This document shows positions 49,126 through 60,013 of a stretch of 64,000 nt of DNA, piece after piece. Location: contig OZ243961.1 in NCBI GenBank assembly GCA_965214605.1, positions 3,200,001-3,264,000 of the forward strand, read 5' to 3'. This stretch comes from an uncultured Candidatus Binatia bacterium (GTDB lineage Bacteria > Desulfobacterota > Binatia > Bin18). Both the position numbers and the translations under genes were made by a program. Under the pieces are notes generated by a model. The model saw only the letters and a program-made list of their open reading frames with translations. It made no database searches and was not told where the DNA came from. The first letter of the stretch is position 1. Each line of letters opens with the position of its first letter.

Positions 49126-50280
49126 CTAGTCGCGCAACCCGCGGAAAAAGGCCCGGATATCGTCGATCAGCAGGTCCGGTTTTTCCATGGCCGCAAAATG
49201 TCCGCCGGCCGGCATGGTCGTCCAGTGGGTGACATTGTAGGCACGTTCGGCCCACTCGCGCGGCGGCCGGGCGAGCTCTTTGGGAAACGCGGCAATGCCG
49301 GTCGGGACACTCACCCGCTCATCTCGCCCCAGCCGCCATGGGTGGTGGCGTTCCTCGTAATACAGGCGGGTTGACGAATGAATCGTCTGGGTCAGCCAGT
49401 AAATCATAACATTGGTCAACAGTTGGTCTTTGGTATAGGACCGCTCGGGGTCGCCTCCACAGTCGCTCCAGGTCCGAAACTTCTCTACAATCCAGGCGCA
49501 CAGGCCAACCGGAGAATCGTTCAGCCCAAAGGCCAAGGTCTGGGGTTTGGTCCCCTGAATACCTTGGTAGCCGGTTTCTTCACGTCGCCAGTCGTCCATC
49601 TCTTTGAGCCAGGCTTGCTCGGCCTCAGACAAATTTTGGCGGTTGGCCGGGTGGGGGGCGAGGCCGACCATATTGAGATGGATGCCGATCAGGTTGTGGG
49701 GAGAAGCAAAGCCTAAACGGGACGTGATCATGGCCCCCCAGTCCCCGCCCTGGGCTCCGTAGCGACGATAGCCCAATACCTCGCTCATCAGCCTGGCAAA
49801 CCAGTCGGCTATGCAACTGACATTGACCCGCCGCTGCTGGGTCGGGGCCGAAAAGCCATAGCCGGGCAGTGAGGGGACGACGAGATCAAAGGCGTCGGCT
49901 GGATCTCCGCCGTGGGCCGCGGGGTCGCTGAGCGGCCCGAGCACCTCCATAAACTCATAAAACGAGCCGGGCCAGCCGTGCGAGACAATCAGCGGCAGCG
50001 GCTTGGGTCCCTTGCCTTTGATATGTATAAAGTGGACCTGTTGGCCGTCGAGGTCGACGCGAAAATGCGGCCACTGATTGATGCGCCGTTCCTGGGCGCG
50101 CCAGTCATACTCGGTCTGCCAATACTCGACGAGCTGTTTGAGATAGGCTACGTTCATCCCATAGTCCCACTCTGAGCCGGGGATTTCTCCGGCTGGCCAG
50201 CGGACCCGGTCGAGGCGCAGACGCAGATCGGTCAGCGCTGCCTCGGGAATGTCGATGCTAAAAGCTCGGGGGGTGGGCAT
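49126..50280 (-). CDS. Epoxide hydrolase (microsomal/EHN type)
   Basis: HGWPGSF, PSLPGYGFS, GGDWG, GGHFAAME. Confidence 0.93.
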   Translation of the reverse strand: MPTPRAFSIDIPEAALTDLRLRLDRVRWPAGEIPGSEWDYGMNVAYLKQLVEYWQTEYDWRAQERRINQWPHFRVDLDGQQVHFIHIKGKGPKPLPLIVSHGWPGSFYEFMEVLGPLSDPAAHGGDPADAFDLVVPSLPGYGFSAPTQQRRVNVSCIADWFARLMSEVLGYRRYGAQGGDWGAMITSRLGFASPHNLIGIHLNMVGLAPHPANRQNLSEAEQAWLKEMDDWRREETGYQGIQGTKPQTLAFGLNDSPVGLCAWIVEKFRTWSDCGGDPERSYTKDQLLTNVMIYWLTQTIHSSTRLYYEERHHPWRLGRDERVSVPTGIAAFPKELARPPREWAERAYNVTHWTTMPAGGHFAAMEKPDLLIDDIRAFFRGLRD

Positions 50281-50305
50281 GGGTTTCTCCTTATATTTTC
50301 ATATT

Positions 50306-51649
50306 TTAGGTGTGGCGTTTGAGGCGTTTTGCTCGCTCGTCCATCTGTTCCCGAATTCTCTTCTCATGGCCTCTGGCGCTGGGTTGGTAATAACGCCGAT
50401 CGGTCAGGGCGTCGGGCAAATGTTGCTGATCGATAACGGCATCGGCATAGTCGTGAGCGTACTGATAGCCCTTGCCGTAGCCGAGGCTCTGCATCAGTGT
50501 GGTCGGGGCGTTGCGCAGGTGCAGCGGCACAGGGAGGGAACCGTGCTGTTTGACGTCGCCAAGCGCGGCCATCATCGCTGCATACGAGGCGTTCGATTTT
50601 GGTGCGGTAGCCAGATAGGTGGCGGCTTGGGCGAGCGGGATGCGGGCCTCGGGCAGACCGACAAAATGCACCGCGTCTTTTACCGCAACGGCCAAGGAGA
50701 GAGCCTGCGGGGCGGCGTTGCCGATGTCCTCGGCGGCAAAGATGACCATCCGTCGGACAATGAAGAGCGGGTCTTCGCCGGCCTCCAGCATGCGCATCAG
50801 CCAGTACACGGCCGCATCCGGATCGCTTCCCCGCAGGCTTTTGATAAATGCCGAAATGACATTGTAGTGCCCTTCGCCGCTCTTATCGTAGCGCAGCGCT
50901 TTGTGCTGGGCGGCTTCTTCGACCAGACTCAGATTGAGCCGGCTGAGCCGCTTCTGCACGGCTAGACCGGCCGCCACTTCGAGGCTGCCGAGCGCAATCC
51001 GGGCGTCGCCCTGACCGTGCTGGACCAGAAAGTCGACACTCGCCTCATCGGCGCTCAGGCCGAGCGTGCCTAGGCCGCGCTCAGTGTCGTGCAGAGCGCG
51101 GTTCAGAATGGTCTTCAACTCGTCCGGGCCGAGCGCCTCAAGCACCAGCACCCGGGTGCGGGACAGCAACGGCGGGATCAACTCAAACGAGGGGTTTTCG
51201 GTTGTCGCGCCTAGCAGGATGATCAGACCCTGTTCGACGTGGGGCAGAAACGCGTCTTGTTGAGCTTTGTTAAAGCGGTGGATTTCATCCACAAACAGAA
51301 CGGTCGGAGTGCCGTGGTGCTGTTGCTGCTGCTGGGCCTGGCCGAGAATCTGGCGCAGCTCCTTAACCCCCGACAACACGGCCGAAAACGACGCAAACGG
51401 CGCGCCGACCGCCCTGACGAGGAGATCGGCGAGGCTTGTCTTCCCGCTGCCCGGTGGGCCCCACAGAATCAGTGACGAGAGGCTGCGGCGTTCGATCATC
51501 TGGCGCAGCAAGCGACCCGGACCGAGCAGGTGAGCCTGGCCCACGTACTCGTCAAGGGTGTGGGGGCGCATCCGTTCGGCCAGAGGGGCTTTTTCGGCCG
51601 CCGCCTTTGCGGCACTATGAGCAAACAGATCTGGGGGCTGAGTCGGCAT
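50306..51649 (-). CDS. rarA: Replication-associated recombination protein A (MgsA)
   Basis: PLAERMRP, WGPPGSGKT, DEIHRFNKAQQD, ATTENPSF, KSLRGSD. Confidence 0.95.
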   Translation of the reverse strand: MPTQPPDLFAHSAAKAAAEKAPLAERMRPHTLDEYVGQAHLLGPGRLLRQMIERRSLSSLILWGPPGSGKTSLADLLVRAVGAPFASFSAVLSGVKELRQILGQAQQQQQHHGTPTVLFVDEIHRFNKAQQDAFLPHVEQGLIILLGATTENPSFELIPPLLSRTRVLVLEALGPDELKTILNRALHDTERGLGTLGLSADEASVDFLVQHGQGDARIALGSLEVAAGLAVQKRLSRLNLSLVEEAAQHKALRYDKSGEGHYNVISAFIKSLRGSDPDAAVYWLMRMLEAGEDPLFIVRRMVIFAAEDIGNAAPQALSLAVAVKDAVHFVGLPEARIPLAQAATYLATAPKSNASYAAMMAALGDVKQHGSLPVPLHLRNAPTTLMQSLGYGKGYQYAHDYADAVIDQQHLPDALTDRRYYQPSARGHEKRIREQMDERAKRLKRHT

Positions 51650-51728
51650 AGCGATCTCATTATACGCCAGGCGAACAGAAAAACAGGTAGGGGCACCCCT
51701 GTTCGGCGGACACGAGGCCGCGACGGAT

Positions 51729-52595
51729 ATGCAAAACATTGGGAAAAACATCGGGCTGGTCATAAAACGCAACCAGCCGGAAGTCGCCGCTCTGGGCCGT
51801 AAGGTGGTAGCCTGGCTTCAGCAACACGGCAAGACCATTTGGGCCGAAGACAACACCAGTCACGAGATCGGTCTCAGTCGGGGCTGGCGTAAGGTCGAAA
51901 TCATGGAACACGCCGACCTCACCATTGTGCTCGGCGGCGACGGGACGCTGCTGAGCGTTGCCCGGCGGACCAATCAGCGTGAGGTCCCTATCCTCGGGGT
52001 CAATCTGGGTGATCTGGGTTTTCTGACCGAAACAACGACCGATGAACTCCTGGCCACCCTGGAGCGGGTGTTGGCGGGAGACTTTGAGGTCGAGCGTCGT
52101 AGCTTATTACAAACAACGCTGACCCGTGACAACGAACCGGTCGGCGTGTTCCAGGTCCTTAACGACGTGGTGATTAACAAAGGCGCGCTGGCCCGCATCC
52201 TCGACCTCGAAACCTGGGTCGGTCAGCAATATTTGTGCACCTACAAAGCTGACGGCCTGATCGTTGCCACACCGACCGGTTCGACCGCCTATTCCCTATC
52301 GGCAGGCGGCCCAATTATTGACCCAGCCGTTGGGGTAGTCGTCCTGACCCCAATCTGTCCCCACACCCTCACCAACCGGCCGATTATTCTGTCCGACCAA
52401 ACCGATATCCACGTCATCCTGCAAACCGCGGAAGAAGATGTCATCATGACTCTGGACGGCCAAGAGGGCTACCCACTCAAGGGTGGCGATCGAGTCAGCA
52501 TTACACGCTCTGACATGACCGTGTCCTTGATCAAGTCTCCCCATCGGACCTATTTTGACGTGCTCCGCAACAAGCTGCGCTGGGGCGAGCGGTAG
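51729..52595 (+). CDS. nadK: NAD kinase
   Basis: LGGDGTLL, LND, TPTGSTAYSLSAGGP, DGQ. Confidence 0.96.
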   Translation: MQNIGKNIGLVIKRNQPEVAALGRKVVAWLQQHGKTIWAEDNTSHEIGLSRGWRKVEIMEHADLTIVLGGDGTLLSVARRTNQREVPILGVNLGDLGFLTETTTDELLATLERVLAGDFEVERRSLLQTTLTRDNEPVGVFQVLNDVVINKGALARILDLETWVGQQYLCTYKADGLIVATPTGSTAYSLSAGGPIIDPAVGVVVLTPICPHTLTNRPIILSDQTDIHVILQTAEEDVIMTLDGQEGYPLKGGDRVSITRSDMTVSLIKSPHRTYFDVLRNKLRWGER

Positions 52596-52673
52596 GGAGC
52601 CCCTCGTGTGGTCGCCCGGAGGTCTGCCCCTAGGGGCGGCTGTGGCCAGAGCTGAGCACACCGCGATCCGCCC

Positions 52674-54215
52674 CTACGCGCGTAGCCTCAGGCGTTTCAT
52701 CAAACGCGATAAGTTTGACTGGGCCAGGCCGAGCCGCCGGGCGGCTTCGGTTTGATTCCCGCCCGTTTGCTCCAAGATGCGTTGCACGCGCAGGCGTTTG
52801 AATTCTACAACCGCTGCGGACAGCGACAGATTGTCGTCCGGCGGGCCGGTCTGCGGCTTTCCGCTGGGCGACTCGTGGCTTGAGGAGCGAATCTCGACCG
52901 GCAGGTCGGCGATGCTCACGTCCGGACCGACAGTCAACACCACCGCCCGCTCAATCGCGTTTTGCAATTCGCGCACATTGCCCGGCCAGGGGTAGGCTTG
53001 CAGGACCGCTAGGACGCCTGGCTCTAGGCCAAGCTGAGGGCGTTTCATCTCCCGGCAGATGCGTTCGAGAAAATGGTTCACTAGGATGGGAAGGTCAGCC
53101 TTCCGATCACGCAGGGCGGGCAGGGTCATCGACACAACGTTGAGCCGGTAGTACAAATCCTTCCGAAAACCGCCGGTCTGCATGGCCTGGTGGAGGTCGC
53201 GGTTGGTGGCGGCTAGAATCCGGACATCGACCCGAATCTCACGCGTCCCTCCCAGCCGCTGAAATTCGCGCTCTTGGAGGACGCGCAGCAACTTGACCTG
53301 AAGGGTGGGTGCCAGGTCACCGATTTCGTCCAAGAAAATAGTCCCTCCGTCGGCCAGCTCAAACTTGCCTTTTTTCTGGCTGGTCGCCCCGGTAAACGCG
53401 CCCCGCTCATGGCCGAACAGCTCATTCTCAAGCAGCTCGGGCGACAGTGCCGTGCAGTTGATCGCAATAAACGGATGGTCAGCGCGCGGGCTCCACTGGT
53501 GGATGGCCCGGGCTAGTACTTCTTTGCCAGTGCCGCTCTCACCCAACAGCAAGACGGTCGAAGGCGTGGCTGCAGTGGCTCGGGCCAGCCGCAGAACTTC
53601 TCCCATGCTGCTACTCGGGCCGGCAATCAGATGATAGCGATCCTGAATGATCTCTTGAAAGGCGACTTTCGCGTTGCGGACTGTGGTAAAAGCCCTGGCC
53701 TGGGTCAGAGCGGTGGCGGCCAAGCCGCCAAACGCCAACAAGAGTTCTACATCGGCCCGGCTAAATCCGTCGGCCTTGGTGGTGTTGAGGGCCTCAATCA
53801 CACCGATGATCCGGTCGCGCTGTTTGAGCGGCACACACAGGACTGACTTGGTATGAAAGCCCGTCTTCTGATCCACCCCGTCAAACCAGCGGGGATCTGT
53901 GGATACATCATTACTGACCAGCGGCTGGCCGGTCTGGGCCACCCGACCGGCAATGCCCTGGCCAAGGTCAATACGAAATTCTTCGACCTTGGCTTCGCCC
54001 TCCATGGCGGTGAAGGCCAGCTGTCCGGCGTCCTCATCAACCAGACCTAGACTGCAACCCTGGGCCGAGAAGAGGCGAATAGCCGAGCCAAGAATCGCTC
54101 TGAGCAGGTCCTCAGCTTCGACCGTGCTCATCAGCAGTTGGCTGATTTCAATCAGGCTGGCCAAACGGGCTCGGGTTTGGGAAAAATCGTCCTGTTCCTC
54201 TTGGCTATGAGACAT
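52674..54215 (-). CDS. Sigma-54-dependent activator (GAF + AAA+ + Fis HTH; NifA-like architecture)
   Basis: GAF region, [42 protein letters not shown]. Confidence 0.93.
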   Translation of the reverse strand: MSHSQEEQDDFSQTRARLASLIEISQLLMSTVEAEDLLRAILGSAIRLFSAQGCSLGLVDEDAGQLAFTAMEGEAKVEEFRIDLGQGIAGRVAQTGQPLVSNDVSTDPRWFDGVDQKTGFHTKSVLCVPLKQRDRIIGVIEALNTTKADGFSRADVELLLAFGGLAATALTQARAFTTVRNAKVAFQEIIQDRYHLIAGPSSSMGEVLRLARATAATPSTVLLLGESGTGKEVLARAIHQWSPRADHPFIAINCTALSPELLENELFGHERGAFTGATSQKKGKFELADGGTIFLDEIGDLAPTLQVKLLRVLQEREFQRLGGTREIRVDVRILAATNRDLHQAMQTGGFRKDLYYRLNVVSMTLPALRDRKADLPILVNHFLERICREMKRPQLGLEPGVLAVLQAYPWPGNVRELQNAIERAVVLTVGPDVSIADLPVEIRSSSHESPSGKPQTGPPDDNLSLSAAVVEFKRLRVQRILEQTGGNQTEAARRLGLAQSNLSRLMKRLRLRA

Positions 54216-54314
54216 GCTGTCTTTATGTCACGTTGATAACTTTTTGCCAAACTGACAAATAATCGTTTCCCCGGTTCTATTCGCCCATGGTCTGAGATAT
54301 ATGGCCTAAGAAGC

Positions 54315-57068
54315 ATGGAACGCGTGTATGGTCTGATCGTGGACAGACCGAAGCTGATCCTGAGCCTGATTCTGCTTTTGACCGGCTTTTTTGGCTGGTC
54401 TGCGCGGCACATTCAACTCGACAGCTCGGTTGAGAGTCTGTTACCAAGCGACAATACCGACTCGCAGTATTATGCCGAGATTCGCCAACTGTTCGGCAGC
54501 GACGAGATCGGGGTGGTGGGCATTATTGCCGACACCATCTACACCCCGCAAACGCTACAAAAAATCGTCCGCTTGAGCAACCAGATCAAGGCCATTGAAG
54601 GCGTGGATGACGTGATTAGCCTGGCCAATGCGGTTGATCCCATTGCCAATGTGACCGATCCGCCGCTGTTGATGCCCCGGATTCCGAGCACCCCGGCTGA
54701 GCTGGCAGCCCTGAGAGACACACTGGCCGACCGGCCGATTTATCTCAAAAATTTGGTGGCACCCGACGGCCGGGCCGCAGCCATTAACATCGTTTTTGCC
54801 GACATGAACGACGACGAGTTCTTACGGCTGGGGATTGATGACAAAGTCGTCGCCCTGATCGACCAGGAGAGCGGTCCTGAGCACGTGTATTATACCGGTT
54901 TGCCCCACCTCAAGGTCTACTCGACAACGGGGATGCAGCAAGACCTGGCCCGCTTTGTACCCCTGACCCTGGTGTTCATCGTCGTCGTCTTATCCCTCAG
55001 CTTTCGCTCCAAGCGGGGGGTCGTGCTGCCGGTGTTGACGGTGGTGATCAGCCTGACCTGGACGCTGGGCATTATTGTGCTGAGCGGCAATCGCCTGAGC
55101 CTGGGCAGTATGGCACTGCCGCCGCTCCTGCTAGTGCTCGGTACCGCCTACTCGCTTCACGTAGTGGCCGAGTACTACGAGCTGGCCGCTCCCAACCGCA
55201 GCGCCCGCGAGGTGGTGTTAGAGACCTTGCGCTTAACCGGCCCAGCGATCTTTCTGACTGCCCTAACCACAGTGCTCGGGTTTTTGTCCCTGTCGATCAA
55301 CTCTATTGTCAGCATCCAACACATGGGGCTGTTCTCGGCCGTCGGCATTACGCTGACCTACGGTCTGTCGCTGCTGCTGGTGCCGGCCGGGCTGGTCCTG
55401 CTACCCCTGCCCGGCGGCGGTGAGTCTCGGCCCGGCGCGCACTTGGCGGGCGTCAGCGCTGCCCTGCGCCGTCTGTGTTATTTTGATATTCACTACCGCC
55501 GGCTCATTCTCATCCTGGGCGGGCTGATTGCCGTGGTGTCAGTGTGGCAGACGGCTTCTATTCAGGTTGACTCTAACTTTCAGTCTTTTTTTCGACCCGA
55601 CGACCCCATTCGCCGAGCCACCGACGCCATCAATGAGCATCTGGTCGGCAGCATGGCGTTTTACGTGGCTATTGACGGCGACGGACCGAACAGCATCAAC
55701 CGCTGGGATACGCTGCGGCGTATTAAAGATTTACAGCTGTATATTGACGCCCAGCCAGGCGTGGATAAGACGGTGTCCTTTGTCGACTACTGTGAGCTGC
55801 TCGACCGCGGCGCCCAGTCCGGCGGTGAGGGCGACATCATGGTCTCGCCCGAGGGGGAGATTATCCAAGCCCCGGCAACCGGCGCCCAGACCACGTTTTG
55901 GGACAAGCCTGAGCAGCTAAGAGGCGTGTTGCAGCTCGTTACCCTCAGCCCGAGCAGTTTTGAACGGGTCGTCAACATCGACTTTTCGCGGACAAATATC
56001 CTGGTCCGCACCACCCTGTCGCAGTCGACCGATATCATGGCCCTGGTCGAGCAGATTGAGACCTTCGCCCTCAATACCTTTCCGCCCCAGCTCAGCGTCC
56101 GCGCCACCGGCAACCTGGTGCTGTTGACCAAGACCACCGGTGACATTGTTTCCGGCCAGGTCCAGAGCCTCGCCCTAGCCGCGGCGGTGATCTTTGTGAT
56201 TATGGCCGGCATGTTTTTGTCGGTCCGGGTTGGCCTCATCGCTATGATCCCCAACCTGTTTCCCATCCTAGTTTTCTTCGGCCTGATGGGCCTATCGGGT
56301 GCAGTCCTGAACCTCGGCACCAGCATCGTGGCCTCAATTGCGCTCGGCATTGCGGTCGATAACACGATCCACTTCATGACCCGCCTGAGTGCCGAGGTTC
56401 GCAACACCTCTGAGCAACAGCAGGCCCTGCTGGCGACCCTGGCCACGATCGGCAAGCCGGCCGTGTTCGCCACCATTATTTTATTTCTCGGCTTTGCGGT
56501 GCTGGGATTTTCACGTTTCGTGCCGATTCAGGAGTTCGGCATCCTGTCCGCTATCACCATGGGTGCCGCCCTAGTCGGCGATCTGGTGTTGCTGCCGGCC
56601 ATGATCGCAACGACCAAGATCATTTCGGTCTGGGAGCTGCTCCACCTCAAGTTGGGCCAGGACCCGCATAAAACAATTCCGCTGTTTGCCGGGCTCCGTC
56701 CCTTTCAGGCCAAGTTGGTCACCCTCATGGGCGAACTGAAAACTTTTCCGCGTGGCCAGCCGATTATTCGACGTGGAGAAATGGGCAATGAGATGTTTGT
56801 CCTGGTCAAGGGCACGGCCGACGTCTATGTCCACACCAACGGCGACAAGAGGCACGTGCGGGTCCACGGCCGGGGAGACGTCTTTGGCGAGATGGGTTTG
56901 ATTCGCCGCCGTGAACGCACGGCCGACGTGATTGCGGCTGAGGAGGTCGAGGCGATTGTGGTTGATGAGCGCTTTTTGTCCTACATGCAGCGCCGCTATC
57001 CGCGCACTGGAGCCAAGATCTTTCTGAATATTGCCAAAATTCTGAGTGACCGTTTGCAAGATTCTTAG
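54315..57068 (+). CDS. MMPL/RND family transporter fused to a C-terminal cyclic-nucleotide-binding domain
   Basis: Two MMPL halves (GIAVDNTIH); C-terminal GEMGNEMFVLVKG...FGEMGLI...RTADV. Confidence 0.88.
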   Translation: MERVYGLIVDRPKLILSLILLLTGFFGWSARHIQLDSSVESLLPSDNTDSQYYAEIRQLFGSDEIGVVGIIADTIYTPQTLQKIVRLSNQIKAIEGVDDVISLANAVDPIANVTDPPLLMPRIPSTPAELAALRDTLADRPIYLKNLVAPDGRAAAINIVFADMNDDEFLRLGIDDKVVALIDQESGPEHVYYTGLPHLKVYSTTGMQQDLARFVPLTLVFIVVVLSLSFRSKRGVVLPVLTVVISLTWTLGIIVLSGNRLSLGSMALPPLLLVLGTAYSLHVVAEYYELAAPNRSAREVVLETLRLTGPAIFLTALTTVLGFLSLSINSIVSIQHMGLFSAVGITLTYGLSLLLVPAGLVLLPLPGGGESRPGAHLAGVSAALRRLCYFDIHYRRLILILGGLIAVVSVWQTASIQVDSNFQSFFRPDDPIRRATDAINEHLVGSMAFYVAIDGDGPNSINRWDTLRRIKDLQLYIDAQPGVDKTVSFVDYCELLDRGAQSGGEGDIMVSPEGEIIQAPATGAQTTFWDKPEQLRGVLQLVTLSPSSFERVVNIDFSRTNILVRTTLSQSTDIMALVEQIETFALNTFPPQLSVRATGNLVLLTKTTGDIVSGQVQSLALAAAVIFVIMAGMFLSVRVGLIAMIPNLFPILVFFGLMGLSGAVLNLGTSIVASIALGIAVDNTIHFMTRLSAEVRNTSEQQQALLATLATIGKPAVFATIILFLGFAVLGFSRFVPIQEFGILSAITMGAALVGDLVLLPAMIATTKIISVWELLHLKLGQDPHKTIPLFAGLRPFQAKLVTLMGELKTFPRGQPIIRRGEMGNEMFVLVKGTADVYVHTNGDKRHVRVHGRGDVFGEMGLIRRRERTADVIAAEEVEAIVVDERFLSYMQRRYPRTGAKIFLNIAKILSDRLQDS

Positions 57069-57091
57069 CTCAGACGGCTGGTCAGAGACTC

Positions 57092-58822
57092 ATGCTGCGT
57101 TCTTTGCACATTACGAATTTCGCCCTGATTGACGAGTTAGAGCTGTCCTTTGAGCGAGGGCTGAACGTCATCACCGGTGAGACCGGGGCGGGCAAAAGTC
57201 TGTTGATGCAAGCGCTCAGCCTAGCGGTTGGTGGGCGGGCCTCGGCCGAACTCGTCCGCCACAAAGCCCAAGAGGCGGTAGTTGAGGCGCTGTTTGATAT
57301 TCACGACTATCCGGACCCCCGGATCTTTCGCCTGTTAGAAGACGGCGGCTATCCGGCCGATGAAGAGATCCTGATCCGTCGGGTGATTCCCCATACCGGC
57401 CGCGGGCGGGTGTACTGCAACGGCGCCCTGACCACCGTTAGCCTGCTCCGCCGGTTGGGCGTCGAGTTGCTCCAGGTGCACGGCCAGCACGAGCAGCAGA
57501 GCCTCCTCGAAGCCGAGGCGACCCAAACTGTGCTGGACGGCTTTGCCGGGCTCGGCCCGCGTCTAGCCGAGATGCGGCAGCGCTCGGACCTGCTGCGCCA
57601 GATGTGGACGCGACTGCAAGCGCTGACCGAGGGTCGCCAGGAGCGTGAAGCCCGGCGTGAGCTGCTCCAGTTTCAGATTGACGAAATCGACCGGGCCAAG
57701 CTGCGGGTCGGAGAAGAGGAAAGGCTGCGTCAGGAGAAGACCGTACTGCTGCACGCCGAAAAGCTGCAACAGGGCGTAGGGGATGGGGAAAACGCCCTGG
57801 CCTCTGGGGAAGACGCCCTGACCGACCGTCTGGGCCGCATCCTGAGCCAGCTCCAGGACTGCGCCCGACTTGATGACAGTCTGTCTGAGGTGATTGATCT
57901 GTTACACAGTGGCCTGGCTCACCTCGAAGAGGCCGCACTGGGACTGCACAGATACGGCCAGCGGCTAGCTCCCGATCCCGAGCGGCTGGAAGAAATCGAC
58001 TCCCGGCTAGCCGTGCTGTCACGGCTCACAAAGAAGTACGGCGCTGGCGTGGAGACGATCTTGGCCCGCTACCAGCAGCTGAGCCAGGAGTTAGCCGGTC
58101 TGGACGGAGATGAAGAGAGCCTGACTGCCCTAGCGCAGGAGGTAGAAAGCGCGGCCGATGCCGCCTGGCAATCGGCGTATGAGCTGTCCGAAGCGCGTCG
58201 TAACGCGGCCCGGACATTAGAAGCCCGGATGCAGGATGAGCTAGCCGGTCTAGGTATGGTCGGTGCAAGCTTCAGCGTACGCTTTCAGGCCGGACCGGAC
58301 AGCTCACCAGATGTTCAGAATCCGAACAATCCGTTTGCGCGCGGTCAGGCGCGCCTCGGCCACGCCGGCTGTGATCGACTCGAATTTTTCCTATCGGCCA
58401 ATCCTGGCGAGCCCGCGTTGCCCCTGGTCAAAATCGCCTCTGGCGGTGAGCTCTCGCGTCTGATGCTGGCCCTCAAGGCGTTAAGCGTTGAGGTCAAAGA
58501 AGCCCCGACTCTGATTTTTGATGAGGTTGACGCTGGGGTGGGGGGCGGCGTAGCCGAGGTCCTTGGGCGGCGCCTCAAATCTCTGGCGGCCCAGCGTCAG
58601 GTCTTGTGTATCACTCATCTGCCCCAGATTGCGGCCTTTGCCGAGCACGCCTACACCGTGATCAAAACCGTTACCAAGGGCCGGACCGTGTCCTCGGTAA
58701 AAAGTCTCACTCAACGTGAACGCCTCGACGAACTCGCCCGGATGCTGGGCGGGCTGGAGATCTCTGCTGAGGCCAAACGGCACGCCCGTGAGATGCTGGA
58801 CCGGGCACACAAACAGGGCTAG
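57092..58822 (+). CDS. recN: DNA repair protein RecN
   Basis: TGETGAGKS, HGQH, ASGGELSR, FDEVDAG, ITHLPQ. Confidence 0.96.
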   Translation: MLRSLHITNFALIDELELSFERGLNVITGETGAGKSLLMQALSLAVGGRASAELVRHKAQEAVVEALFDIHDYPDPRIFRLLEDGGYPADEEILIRRVIPHTGRGRVYCNGALTTVSLLRRLGVELLQVHGQHEQQSLLEAEATQTVLDGFAGLGPRLAEMRQRSDLLRQMWTRLQALTEGRQEREARRELLQFQIDEIDRAKLRVGEEERLRQEKTVLLHAEKLQQGVGDGENALASGEDALTDRLGRILSQLQDCARLDDSLSEVIDLLHSGLAHLEEAALGLHRYGQRLAPDPERLEEIDSRLAVLSRLTKKYGAGVETILARYQQLSQELAGLDGDEESLTALAQEVESAADAAWQSAYELSEARRNAARTLEARMQDELAGLGMVGASFSVRFQAGPDSSPDVQNPNNPFARGQARLGHAGCDRLEFFLSANPGEPALPLVKIASGGELSRLMLALKALSVEVKEAPTLIFDEVDAGVGGGVAEVLGRRLKSLAAQRQVLCITHLPQIAAFAEHAYTVIKTVTKGRTVSSVKSLTQRERLDELARMLGGLEISAEAKRHAREMLDRAHKQG

Positions 58823-58965
58823 AGGGGTCCCGATTTTCTAGAAGTTCCCCCTTGCTTTTACACAATAATACGGCCAATAGAGTACAAAAGAATGGAAACG
58901 GGGGGAGCTGTTGTAGGGCTCTGGTCCTGGGACGGGGCGAAAAGCGAGGACATGAGGATTCATCT

Positions 58966-59976
58966 ATGGACAAAGATCTGATGCTATCGCTGTATCGGGA
59001 TATGGTTCGTATTCGCCGTTTTGAAGAGGAGGCGGCGCGCTCGTATTCACGGGGCAAGATGGGTGGGTTTCTGCACCTCTACGTAGGGCAGGAAGCGGTG
59101 GCGGTCGGCGCTATGTCGGCGGTCGAGCCGACCGATTACATTGTGGCCACCTACCGAGAGCACGGCCACTATCTGGCCCGGGTCGGAGATATGAAGGCGG
59201 CTATGGCCGAGCTGTTTGGCAAGGCCACCGGCTGTGCCAAGGGCCGGGGCGGCTCTATGCACTATTTTGACGTGAACAAACGCTTTATGGGCGGGCACGC
59301 GATCGTGGGCGGGCACGTACCAATTGCGGCCGGCATTGCGTTTGCGTCCAAGTATCGCGGTGAGCAAGACGTAACGCTGTGTTTCTTTGGCGAGGGCACG
59401 GCCAATATGGGCGCGTTTCATGAGGGTATGGCGCTGGCCGCGCTGTGGAAGCTGCCCGTTGTTTTTATCTGCGAGAACAATCTGTACTCCATGGGCACGC
59501 CGCTGTACCGGACCTTGGCAGTCGAAGACGTGGCGGTGCGGGCCAAGGGCTATCCGATGCAGCAGGAAATTGCCAACGGCGACGACGTGTTAGAAGTCCG
59601 GGACGTTGTCCGTCGGGCTGTTCAGCGCGCCCGGACCGAGAGTCTGCCGATCCTGGTTGAGGCCAAGACCTATCGGTTCCGGGGCCACTCCATGTCCGAC
59701 CCGGCGAAATACCGTACCAAAGAAGAGGTCGATGAGTGGAAGAAGCGCGACCCCATCTTTCTGTTGGAGCAGCGTATCTTCGGTCTCGGCATAGCTACCG
59801 AGGAGCAGCTGAGGGCGATTGACGACGAAGCCAAACAAGAGGTCGTCGAGGCGGTCGCCTTTGCCGATGAGTCACCCTGGCCCGATCCGTCCGAGCTGTA
59901 CGACTACGTGTACGCCGAAGCCCAGTCGGACGATAAGATTATCTCCTTACCAAATCGGGCTCGCCAGGCCAGCTAG
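58966..59976 (+). CDS. pdhA: Pyruvate dehydrogenase E1 alpha subunit
   Basis: GFLHLYVGQEA, GRGGSMH, ENNLYSMGT, TYRFRGHSMSDP. Confidence 0.95.
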   Translation: MDKDLMLSLYRDMVRIRRFEEEAARSYSRGKMGGFLHLYVGQEAVAVGAMSAVEPTDYIVATYREHGHYLARVGDMKAAMAELFGKATGCAKGRGGSMHYFDVNKRFMGGHAIVGGHVPIAAGIAFASKYRGEQDVTLCFFGEGTANMGAFHEGMALAALWKLPVVFICENNLYSMGTPLYRTLAVEDVAVRAKGYPMQQEIANGDDVLEVRDVVRRAVQRARTESLPILVEAKTYRFRGHSMSDPAKYRTKEEVDEWKKRDPIFLLEQRIFGLGIATEEQLRAIDDEAKQEVVEAVAFADESPWPDPSELYDYVYAEAQSDDKIISLPNRARQAS

Positions 59977-60013
59977 CGGTCAGGCTGGGTGGGCGCTCTT
60001 CAGGAGCGATGTT

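Noticed and set aside
54216-54314. Sigma-54 promoter in the divergent spacer
   Set aside because: TGGCA occurs on the minus strand but lacks the TGC -12 element at the right spacing.
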